DNA of 64,000 nucleotides from a virus. Taxonomy: Duplodnaviria; Caudoviricetes. How positions within the stretch are numbered: the first letter of the stretch is position 1; each line of letters starts with the position of its first letter. Positions 32,771-40,994 of this stretch are shown piece after piece. The position numbers and the translations under genes are program-made. The stretch lies in the IMG/VR virus record IMGVR_UViG_3300042507_004106, one strand, 5' to 3'. The notes beneath the pieces were generated by a model that had not been told where the DNA came from, searched no databases, and worked only from the letters and a program-made list of their open reading frames with translations.

Positions 32771-32941
32771 TCAGAGATCAACCTTTTTAGGGGCTTCAGC
32801 AACTGCTGGTGTTGGTGCTGGAGCAACTACTGGAGCTGGAGCAACCACTGGAGCTGGGGCAACGACTTGTTCAACTTTTGGAGTTTCTACAACAACTGGA
32901 GCTGCTGGTTTTGGTTGGAATAAATCGGTAAATCTACTCAT
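32771..32941 (-). CDS. 56-aa Pro/Ala/Val-rich late peptide (not in ORF track)
   Basis: MSRFTDLFQPKPAAPVVVETPKVEQVVAPAPVVAPAPVVAPAPTPAVAEAPKKVDL*; GATAAATA overlaps the stop of the upstream gene. Confidence 0.7.
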   Translation of the reverse strand: MSRFTDLFQPKPAAPVVVETPKVEQVVAPAPVVAPAPVVAPAPTPAVAEAPKKVDL

Positions 32942-32971
32942 CGTCGGTAATAGAATTCGGCAAAGTATTTA

Positions 32972-35122
32972 TCAGGCGACCAATTCCACAAACTCACCCA
33001 GAATTTTCTTGTTCATCTTTTTAGTTTTGAGACTCTTCACAAAAGCAGATTTGATTTGTGCCTTTGTTGCATCCTCCGCAACGGCAAACTCAGAATCTTG
33101 AGAAAGAGTGCTCGCAGACAGACCGAAATAGGAATGATACCCAGAGTTCTTGAGGGTAAATGCCTTCTCTTTTTTCCAAGCATTCATCACCTTATCATAC
33201 TCCGAACCATAATATCCACAATAACGGCGAATAAAATGACCAGCATCACGGGACTCAAGAACACGAATACCGATAAAGTTAATATCAGTAAACTTGTCCC
33301 GCAGATTGTGAAGAAGAACCTCAGTGAATTCTTGCTTCTCAGAATCACAAGAATAAGTCATTCCAGTCTTACGGTCACGAAGGAAGGCATTGAAACCAAT
33401 GTGAGCAGTGCCCATAAAAGGGTCATCCTCCCAGCGGCGTTGAACCTCACGATGATATTTCACAAGGCAACCCTCCCCGTCAGTCAGAACCACACACTGA
33501 ACTTTCTGAAGTTTGTTCTCCTTCTGGAACTTAGGGAGAATCTGATGAAGAGAAATCAGTGCCTCATTCAAAGGAGTGCCTGAAAGATTCATTCCCAGAG
33601 GGGCAGAATAGTAGCAGTGAGAGTTATAGCAGAAAGATTTAGCAAGACGGAAGATGTTCTTCATCTGTTCTTCCAGAGTGTTTGCATTCACTTTGCTGGT
33701 GAGAAGGTTCATCATAGAGAACCATTCACCAACCTGAACAAGACCATCCCTCTTCTTATAGGCAAGTTCACGAATGTTTGCCTTACCATCCTCGTCATAC
33801 CTCACCAGAGGATAATCGCTGGTGAAGGCATAAACCTCAAACGGAATCGCAACTTTCTTACAGAACCAAATCAGGTTGAAGAGTTGCTTGACTGTATCCA
33901 GCATCACATTGGACATAGAACCAGACCAGTCCAGAACGAACACCAGACCGTGATTCTTGCCGTCAGCGAGAGTTGTAACCTTGCGGAAGATATCTTCATT
34001 GTACTTGTAGGTATGCAGTTTGGAGCAGTCCAAAACACCAGTACGGGCAGTTGATGCACGGGCATAGGAGTCTGCTGCCTTGCGGCACTCAAACTCTTTC
34101 ACCAGATAGTTGACTTCCTTCTGAGCAGAACGCTTGAATTCCACATACTGCTTATCAACTTCACCAAAGATATTTTCATATGTCCATTCGCGTTCTTCAA
34201 GAAAATTACTCCAATATTCTTTACACTTGGAATGAATCTCCGAATTAGGAACAATCACCTTATCCAAGTCAAGTTGAGGCAGTTCAAGGTAAACATTCTC
34301 AGAAGAATCATTACCCACAAGTTCTTTCAGTGCCTCTTCCAGAGAGTCCATCGTCTTGACTTCAGGTTCTTCATTCTTCTCACCACCTTCATTTGTGGGT
34401 TGCTGTTGCTGCTGAGAATTCTCATCAGAAGTAGCAGCACCATCAGAACCTTCAGATTCAGGTTGCTCACTTTCACCTTGCTCCTGGTCAGTAAAATCAG
34501 AAGCGGGTTGATTATCAGCACCACCCTGCTGCGACTCAAGATTGTCCAGAGAAGTCTTTGTTTCTTCCTGTTGCTTCTGCTTACAATACTTATAGAGTGC
34601 CTCTGCAGCAATCAGAACATCGGCAAAGGTCTCAGTATCGGCAATCAGATTGATGATTTCAGTCTCTTCACCACGCTCAACAGGAATATCTACATAGTTA
34701 CCAATCTTGAACCACAGGTTTGCACGGTCAGCAAGATTATAAGTTTCCAGATTATCATCTTTGATTTGAAAGAAGTCATCATCGGCAAGTTCCTTGTAAC
34801 CGTTATAGAAAGTCTTGGCGAGACCAGCATAACGACGCTTCATCAGTTTCTCAATACGAGCATCCTCCACCACATTCACAAACTGTGGCGGAATCTTGTG
34901 CTCCTTCAACCAATCCTCATCAGGCGTATAGAGAGCGTGACCCACCTCGTGACCCACCAGAAGGTCATAGACGGTGTTGCTTGCCTTCTCCCACATCGGC
35001 AGAGTCAGCACACGGGTGTGAACATTGAAGCAAGCAGTCTCCACTTTCTTGTGCTCAACCACAAGATCTTCGGTAGCAAGAAGTTTGGCGAGTTGAGACT
35101 TGATTTCGTGGCGGACGGTCAT
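32972..35122 (-). CDS. CobT-like vWA-domain protein with N-terminal metallopeptidase-like domain
   Basis: GHEVGHALYT, NVVEDARIE, acidic linker, MIDAS VLDWSGSM, GTPL, LTDGEG; start MTVRHE follows TATAAT. Confidence 0.85.
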   Translation of the reverse strand: MTVRHEIKSQLAKLLATEDLVVEHKKVETACFNVHTRVLTLPMWEKASNTVYDLLVGHEVGHALYTPDEDWLKEHKIPPQFVNVVEDARIEKLMKRRYAGLAKTFYNGYKELADDDFFQIKDDNLETYNLADRANLWFKIGNYVDIPVERGEETEIINLIADTETFADVLIAAEALYKYCKQKQQEETKTSLDNLESQQGGADNQPASDFTDQEQGESEQPESEGSDGAATSDENSQQQQQPTNEGGEKNEEPEVKTMDSLEEALKELVGNDSSENVYLELPQLDLDKVIVPNSEIHSKCKEYWSNFLEEREWTYENIFGEVDKQYVEFKRSAQKEVNYLVKEFECRKAADSYARASTARTGVLDCSKLHTYKYNEDIFRKVTTLADGKNHGLVFVLDWSGSMSNVMLDTVKQLFNLIWFCKKVAIPFEVYAFTSDYPLVRYDEDGKANIRELAYKKRDGLVQVGEWFSMMNLLTSKVNANTLEEQMKNIFRLAKSFCYNSHCYYSAPLGMNLSGTPLNEALISLHQILPKFQKENKLQKVQCVVLTDGEGCLVKYHREVQRRWEDDPFMGTAHIGFNAFLRDRKTGMTYSCDSEKQEFTEVLLHNLRDKFTDINFIGIRVLESRDAGHFIRRYCGYYGSEYDKVMNAWKKEKAFTLKNSGYHSYFGLSASTLSQDSEFAVAEDATKAQIKSAFVKSLKTKKMNKKILGEFVELVA

Positions 35123-35143
35123 AGATTTGTTGCGTATGAAGTC

Positions 35144-35197
35144 ATTATACAAAAAAAGAGGGTGGTGAGACCCTCTAATGGACAGTTTGGAAAGTGG
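35144..35197 (-). promoter_or_regulatory. 18-bp box + stem-loop + TATAAT (no canonical -35)
   Basis: CCACTTTCCAAACTGTCC at 35197-35180, AGAGGGT/ACCCTCT stem with U-tract, TATAAT at 35149-35144. Confidence 0.7.
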
Positions 35198-35200
35198 TTT

Positions 35201-36103
35201 CTAGTCGTGCTCACCCATTGCCTTTTGTTTACGGAGTTTCTTAGCACTCTTAGTTACACCACCAGGACCCTCTGAAGGATAATCGTGGTCTTGACGAGTA
35301 CTTACACCATGAGCAGCACCTGCTCTTGCTCTCTCCCTATCATCAGAAGTCATTCCTTTTCTTGGGGAATCATCTGGAGTTCTATTAGCAGGATTAGTTC
35401 TTCTTAACATTTTCTTGAGGAAAGGCTTTCTCTTTGCAGTCATTCTAGTTTGTCTTGCTGCACCATATGCCTTTGGAGTAGCACCGTAGGAACCTTCTTC
35501 TTCATCTAGAACTTCTTCAACAATACTCTGCTTCCACTCTTCACTCATATTCGCCATAATAGCAAGAGCTGCCTTATTGGTGTCTGCGTAACCTTCGGCA
35601 ACTAGGTGCTCAAGGATGTAGTCAAAAAGGTCGGTTTCTTCTGCACGAAGTTTTGCTAATACTGCACCAGCAACTTTCTTACCACGCTCTTCGGAACCAT
35701 AACGCTTACCTGCTTCTTTAGCAATCTTTGCAAATGCTTTACCAGGCTTACCAATATCTTCGCCTGCCCTTGCTGCTTTTGCAGAGTATGTTGCTTCATC
35801 AAGTTCTCCAAGTGCTTTTGCTTTACGAACTTTATTTGGTCTTAACGCACCACCGTGTCCAGTTTCCCCATAAGCAGCATCTCTTCTTGCCGCTCTTTCT
35901 GGTGCTTTTTCTGGATTGTGAATACCTGCTCTGCGAGTAGGTGAAGTCTTTTCTGCTTCACGCTTATCTTTTTGCTTTTGACGACTTCTTTGTTGCTTGA
36001 AGTCTTTCATCGTCATACCTTCATCAAGTTGCTCTACTTCCTGTGAAGTATAAACAGAATTAAAGGCTTCTAGCAACCCAGCGTATTCTTTTTGAATATC
36101 CAT
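35201..36103 (-). CDS. Late accessory protein with EGYADT...MANMSEEW domain
   Basis: TATAAATA at 36131-36124; DLFDYILEHLVAEGYADTNKAALAIMANMSEEWKQSIVEE; basic modules after LDE sites. Confidence 0.8.
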   Translation of the reverse strand: MDIQKEYAGLLEAFNSVYTSQEVEQLDEGMTMKDFKQQRSRQKQKDKREAEKTSPTRRAGIHNPEKAPERAARRDAAYGETGHGGALRPNKVRKAKALGELDEATYSAKAARAGEDIGKPGKAFAKIAKEAGKRYGSEERGKKVAGAVLAKLRAEETDLFDYILEHLVAEGYADTNKAALAIMANMSEEWKQSIVEEVLDEEEGSYGATPKAYGAARQTRMTAKRKPFLKKMLRRTNPANRTPDDSPRKGMTSDDRERARAGAAHGVSTRQDHDYPSEGPGGVTKSAKKLRKQKAMGEHD

Positions 36104-36126
36104 TTTTATAAAGACTTTTTAGATAT

Positions 36127-36261
36127 TTATAAAAAAGAAGCGTCCCGTGAGAGACGCTTCTTGAGTGCTTGGCGACGTGCCTTTGCTTGTCGGAGTGCTT
36201 GCGGTTTGAGTTTCCGCTTCTGCTCCTTTTTACTGTGATGCTGCCAGTTTGGAGTGTTCAT
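36127..36261 (-). CDS. 44-aa very basic peptide (not in ORF track)
   Basis: MNTPNWQHHSKKEQKRKLKPQALRQAKARRQALKKRLSRDASFL*; has its own box plus promoter (36283-36332); the stop lies inside TATAAATA. Confidence 0.75.
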   Translation of the reverse strand: MNTPNWQHHSKKEQKRKLKPQALRQAKARRQALKKRLSRDASFL

Positions 36262-36917
36262 TGGTCTTGTGTTGATGTGGATAGATTACTATCTGCATTT
36301 ACGGAAGTCAAGGAGTCCAGTTGAGAAAGTGTCCTATTCTTATATCTGTTTAGTGCTGCCTGCCTTATTTTTTCTTTTGCTTCTGGTGAGTGGGTTTTAC
36401 CTTTCATAGGATTATTCTCACACATTTTTAAACTCATATTTTTTTTAAACTCATCACTTTGAGTTTTACCATACATTCCATTTTTTTCTCCAGAATTTTT
36501 TCTTCTGGGATCACCTTTCATTTTTTCAATAGTTTCTTGGGAATGTTTTTTTCCCAACATAGGTGGCGTCTTTTCTTTTAATTTTTCTATTGTTTCTGGG
36601 GAGTGTTTCCAACCAGAATTTATAGTCATTCCTCCACCACCAAGAGAAACATTTAATAAATTAGAATTTTCAGAAATATATTTTATTTCTAAGTTTTCAA
36701 TATAAGAAGCATCTTCACTTTGTTCCAAAATAGATAGTTCAAAATTTTCAATCCCGTATTTTCTAATAGAATTATAAAATTTGGGACAGTCATTTTTCTT
36801 TTTTTCAGTTTTATATGCATACTGATGTTTTTTCCACCTTTCTTCTGGTTTAAGAGAAGTTATACCGATGTATTTTTGCCCTGTAATTTTATTCTCAATG
36901 CAATAAAGACTATACAC
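36258..36917 (-). mobile_element. Free-standing GIY-YIG homing endonuclease with NUMOD3-like repeats
   Basis: SLYCI..KYIGIT..RWKKH, FYNSIRKYG, LNVSLGG; repeats GWKHSPETIEK, GKKHSQETIEK, GKTHSPEAKEK; GTG start after TATAAATA; AT-rich. Confidence 0.88.
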
Positions 36918-36957
36918 TGAACTAAATGAGAACTGAACTATAATTATTTATAAAATA

Positions 36958-38673
36958 CTAAAGTTCAGTTTTATATGAAAACCCACTTTTCTTCTCAAAT
37001 TTAATAGTGGAATCAAACTTATCTTGAAGATCTGTTTTATGAGAAATTACAAAAACATTAGTATCTTTAACTACATATCTAATAATTTTTAAAAATTCAT
37101 CGGCACCAAAACCATCAAGAGAAGAGTCAAAAACTTCATCAAATAAAAGAATATTACAATTTACGGAGTTTTTGACTCTTGCAACTTCACGCCAAGCAAA
37201 CAGCAAACTCAAATCAATTCTTGCCTTTTCACCTTCAGAAAATGAAGAGTATGAGAAATCTTCGTGAATAGGAGACTTAACACTTTCATTAAATTCTGAA
37301 TCCAATTCAAAATTAATGTAAAAATCCATCATCTGAAGATAACGATTCACCTGCTGATTTATGAAAGGAAGATACTTCTTGATGATCTTTGTCTTTACGC
37401 CATCATCCTTGAGTAAGGAATAGGCAAAATCGTAATAAACGATTTCTTCTTTTTTCTTTGAAAGGTCTTCAAATGTTTTTTGGAGATTTTCTTTGAATTC
37501 TTCTAACTTCTCATGCTCAGTATTTCGGTTTTCAAGTTGATTGGTAATAGTTTGAATTTCATTTTCAAGATCTCGGATTTGTCTCTGGTTGAGGGAAATC
37601 CTAGTATTGTTTTGAGAAATCTCATGATTGAGTTTCGTAATCTCCTTAGATAGAGCAGTGAATTGACGCTCTCGTTCCTGTTCTAACTTTATAGTCTCCT
37701 CAAGTTCTTGAAAACCTTTCTGGAGTTCCTTTGCTTTATTTTGAGCGTCTGCAATTCTATCTAGGCGAAATCTTTCATCAATATCCTGAGTGCAGGTAGG
37801 GCAGACCGTATTTTCTGTAAAAAACTTATGCTCTTTAGTAATAACAGATACTTTCTGGGAAATTTTACCTTTGAGATTGTTTAGTTTTACTAACTTATCA
37901 TCAGCACCAATAAGTTCTTCCTGTTCTGCAGTATACTTAAAAATATCTTCCTCAATACCAGAGTTATCCTTCATATAAACGCCAATTTCTTTGTCTAGAT
38001 TGGTAATCTTTTCCTTATTGGAGTTTATATTGGCGTTACCACGATTCTCCAACTCTTCGATGAAGTTTTGCTGCATCTTCATCTTGTCTTTCAAATTTTC
38101 TTTACGCAACTCAAGAGATTTAACTTGATCTTTCTGTGTGCGAATTCTATCCTTGATGAGATTATTCATCGCAGAGAAGATGCGAATATCCAAAAGATCT
38201 TCAATCACTTCACGACGATGTGCCGTTGGAAGTTGCATAAACGGTACAAAGGTACTGCTACCCAGAATCACAATCTGAGTAAAAGACTTGTAGTTTACCT
38301 TGAGAATATTCTCTTCCAGAATTCTCTGATTCGCACGGTCATCTGCTTCCTTATGCAGAGATTGACCATTTACTTCAATATCAAAAACATTTGGTTTGAT
38401 ACCGCGACGAACAAGATAATCACGATTATTCGCAGAAAACTCAATTTCAACCAGACAATCCTTTTCGTTAGTTGTGTTGACTAGTTGAGGTTTATTAATT
38501 TTTCTAAATGGTTTATTGAAAAGAACAAAAGTAAGTGCATCCAGGATTGTAGATTTACCTGCACCATTTGTTCCAATAATCAAATTGGTATTGTTTTTTT
38601 CAAAATCAACTTCAGTCCACTGATTTCCCGTGGAGAGAAAGTTTTTCCATTTAATCTTGTGAAATACTAACAT
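36958..38673 (-). CDS. gp46: Recombination endonuclease ATPase subunit (Rad50/SbcC-like)
   Basis: WKNFLS, GTNGAGKST, CPTC zinc hook, FSEGEKARID, LFDEVFDSSLD, ISH. Confidence 0.97.
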   Translation of the reverse strand: MLVFHKIKWKNFLSTGNQWTEVDFEKNNTNLIIGTNGAGKSTILDALTFVLFNKPFRKINKPQLVNTTNEKDCLVEIEFSANNRDYLVRRGIKPNVFDIEVNGQSLHKEADDRANQRILEENILKVNYKSFTQIVILGSSTFVPFMQLPTAHRREVIEDLLDIRIFSAMNNLIKDRIRTQKDQVKSLELRKENLKDKMKMQQNFIEELENRGNANINSNKEKITNLDKEIGVYMKDNSGIEEDIFKYTAEQEELIGADDKLVKLNNLKGKISQKVSVITKEHKFFTENTVCPTCTQDIDERFRLDRIADAQNKAKELQKGFQELEETIKLEQERERQFTALSKEITKLNHEISQNNTRISLNQRQIRDLENEIQTITNQLENRNTEHEKLEEFKENLQKTFEDLSKKKEEIVYYDFAYSLLKDDGVKTKIIKKYLPFINQQVNRYLQMMDFYINFELDSEFNESVKSPIHEDFSYSSFSEGEKARIDLSLLFAWREVARVKNSVNCNILLFDEVFDSSLDGFGADEFLKIIRYVVKDTNVFVISHKTDLQDKFDSTIKFEKKSGFSYKTEL

Positions 38674-38926
38674 TTTTAGGAGGAATTACGATATCGTCAG
38701 GAGTGATCACAGCATACTTGTAATTATACAGTTTACAAGTCTTTATTGCAAGGTCGTCGTCAACTTCAACGACATCCATTTCTTGATCTTCTTGGTCTTC
38801 AAGCATCAATGCATAACGAGTAGCATCGTCTTCTTCTTCAAAGAGAAATAAGACTTTATGCCCATATTGATCTTGAACGGCATAGGCACCATCGTCCTTT
38901 CTATCTTTGAGAGTGAGAAGAAACAT
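38651..38926 (-). CDS. Conserved hypothetical protein between gp47 and gp46
   Basis: 91 aa acidic ORF, translationally coupled on both sides. Confidence 0.8.
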   Translation of the reverse strand: MFLLTLKDRKDDGAYAVQDQYGHKVLFLFEEEDDATRYALMLEDQEDQEMDVVEVDDDLAIKTCKLYNYKYAVITPDDIVIPPKNVSISQD

Positions 38927-39961
38927 TTATTCTACCTCGCAAGCTTGTCGATAAAGATCTTGAAAAATACCTTTGATAACATTCTTATCAAATTCAAATT
39001 CTGCTTCGTCAATATAGCGATTTAGAATAGACATTGTATTTTCTTCTTCATCAATCTCAAAATCTTCGTTCTCTTGAATTTCAAAATTTTCTACGATTTT
39101 GAGATCTTGGATTCCCGCAGTGTAAAGTTTATCAATAAACTTCTCAAAATCTTTTGGTTTGGATTTTTTGCGGACAATCACCTTTACAATTTTGTTTTCA
39201 TATTCAGTTGTATCAAATATTTGATACGGAGTATCCTCATAATAAATGTTATAGAATAATTTATAAGGATTGTTGATTGGAGTATGCTCTAGAGTTTCGG
39301 TATCAAAAATATGAAATCCCCGAGTATCGTTTACATCCGTCCAATACATTTCATAAGGATTGCCTAGATAGAAGACTTTTCCATTGTTTGATCGAGTGTG
39401 ATAGTGTCCCGAGTAGACCCGTTCGAACTTCTCAAATAGTTTGCTTTCCAAACCATGCTCCATGATGAGTTGTCGATTAACTCTAAATCCTTGGAGCTCC
39501 AAGTGCCCCAACGACACCCGGCAAGTAGTCTTTTCAATAGTTTTGAGAGTTTTTGTTTCATTTTCTTGATTAATCCACGGTAAAAATAAAATGTCTAGTC
39601 CACCAATATTAACTTCTGCCGCGTCACTATAAGTCCTTATATTAGAGTAAGTCTGAAGAAGAAGTTCTGGAGAGTTTACACTATTGGTATTCTTATAGTA
39701 AGTATCATGATTACCAATAATCATATGAACTTCATATTTTTTAAGGGGGTCAAACACAACCCTCTTTGCCCATTCAAGACTTTGATAGTCAATTGATTTG
39801 CGACTATCAAAGGCATCTCCCATATGAATGACTGCCTCTACTCCATGCTCTTCAAGGGCGGGGAAAAATACATTCTTGTAAAAAGTTTCAAAATAATCAT
39901 GAAGATGTTTAGATCCTTTTTTCGCACCGTAATGGGTATCGGTGATGATTGCTACCTTCAT
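38927..39961 (-). CDS. gp47: Recombination endonuclease nuclease subunit (Mre11/SbcD-like)
   Basis: ITDTHYG, HMGDAFD, IGNHD, GHLE, SGHYH, YLGNPY. Confidence 0.97.
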   Translation of the reverse strand: MKVAIITDTHYGAKKGSKHLHDYFETFYKNVFFPALEEHGVEAVIHMGDAFDSRKSIDYQSLEWAKRVVFDPLKKYEVHMIIGNHDTYYKNTNSVNSPELLLQTYSNIRTYSDAAEVNIGGLDILFLPWINQENETKTLKTIEKTTCRVSLGHLELQGFRVNRQLIMEHGLESKLFEKFERVYSGHYHTRSNNGKVFYLGNPYEMYWTDVNDTRGFHIFDTETLEHTPINNPYKLFYNIYYEDTPYQIFDTTEYENKIVKVIVRKKSKPKDFEKFIDKLYTAGIQDLKIVENFEIQENEDFEIDEEENTMSILNRYIDEAEFEFDKNVIKGIFQDLYRQACEVE

Positions 39962-40473
39962 TTATTGCGGTATTGAATGGCGTCTTTGATGCTATTATAC
40001 TCCGAACTGTGCCCAGAAAGCAAGCTGTCGTCAACCATCATAACCTCATCAAACCCAGTTCGTTCGATGATCTTGGTCTTAATATCCAGTTGCTTCTTTT
40101 CCTTTTGAATTCTCCTCAGGAATGCGTAGTGAATAATCTGAGTGAAATAAGCGAAAGGATTCTTAGACTTTTCTGGATCAAAGTTATGAATGTACTGGAC
40201 ACAGTTTTCAATTCCATCAGAAATCATATCCTCACGGAACATATAATTCACAAAGTTTGGTTTATATGAAAGGTGAGTGGCGATCTTGAGAAAACATTCG
40301 CCAAGATAATTCGGAATCGGTGGTTTACCTTCCCAATGCTTACCCCTATCTTCCTTAGTGGGGTTTCTATTGAATTTCTCATTGAATGACTTTTCAACTT
40401 TAGAGCGATAAACGACCATCGCTTCTAAAAGTTCTTTGTTATTCACATAATGTTCAGTTTTCTTCTTAGGCAT
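39958..40473 (-). CDS. gp55: Late-transcription sigma factor
   Basis: HYVNNKELL, FLKIATHLSYKPNFVNY, DMISDGIENC, NPFAYFTQI. Confidence 0.96.
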   Translation of the reverse strand: MPKKKTEHYVNNKELLEAMVVYRSKVEKSFNEKFNRNPTKEDRGKHWEGKPPIPNYLGECFLKIATHLSYKPNFVNYMFREDMISDGIENCVQYIHNFDPEKSKNPFAYFTQIIHYAFLRRIQKEKKQLDIKTKIIERTGFDEVMMVDDSLLSGHSSEYNSIKDAIQYRNK

Positions 40474-40505
40474 AGCATTGGATTTATATCATATAGGTTA
40501 TGCTT

Positions 40506-40556
40506 ATTATACCACAACTATGGGGGCTTGACAAGTGGTGAAAATGTGTGTAGACT
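40506..40556. promoter_or_regulatory. Overlapping divergent sigma70 promoters
   Basis: Minus: TTGTCA(40534-40529)-N17-TATAAT(40511-40506). Plus: TTGACA(40528-40533)-N17-TAGACT(40551-40556). Confidence 0.7.
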
Positions 40557-40583
40557 ACCTTTGTCCCGGTTGAAGATCAGATT

Positions 40584-40994
40584 CTAGCTTTCTTTAAGAC
40601 CCTTAAAGATTCTCTCAAGTTTCTTGCGAGCATCTTCGACTGAAGAGACATATCCCATCTTAGAAGAGGGTTTTACCTTTCCTGTTGGACTATAAACATC
40701 TACAGTATCGTTATCTTCAATGTAGTTGTTGTAAATATCAAGAATTCTTTTATCTTTAGTTTCAGTCATAGTGATAATCTTATCAAGTTTTACAATAAAG
40801 AAATCATCATCAGACATTTCCATCCATGGTTTAACTTTAAGATAAGTTCCTTGTTGACTATTATTGTATATCTTCATTGTAACTGGATTCTGAAGCACTA
40901 AAACTGGATCTCCATCGTTTTCATCTATAAAGACTAACGATAGAATTTCTTCACCTGATACCAGTTTTATAATTGCGTAAAACTCTTCTCCCAT
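40584..40994 (-). CDS. Hypothetical protein, possible Sm-like fold
   Basis: IIKLVSGEEILS..LVLQNP..VKPW..KIITMTE. Confidence 0.75.
   Translation of the reverse strand: MGEEFYAIIKLVSGEEILSLVFIDENDGDPVLVLQNPVTMKIYNNSQQGTYLKVKPWMEMSDDDFFIVKLDKIITMTETKDKRILDIYNNYIEDNDTVDVYSPTGKVKPSSKMGYVSSVEDARKKLERIFKGLKES

Noticed and set aside
31572-33101. 509-aa plus-strand ORF antisense to cobS
   Set aside because: It is the mirror frame of a gene with biased codon usage. It has no motif, RBS or promoter, and the minus-strand gene has all AAA+ motifs.
34232-35275. 347-aa plus-strand ORF antisense to the vWA gene
   Set aside because: Same shadow-frame explanation; the Leu/Ile/Phe-rich translation is the complement of an acidic linker.
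36127-36261. 44-aa basic peptide as ribosomal protein bS21
   Set aside because: It is only generically Lys/Arg-rich; it lacks the bS21 N-terminal half and the typical YEKP motif.
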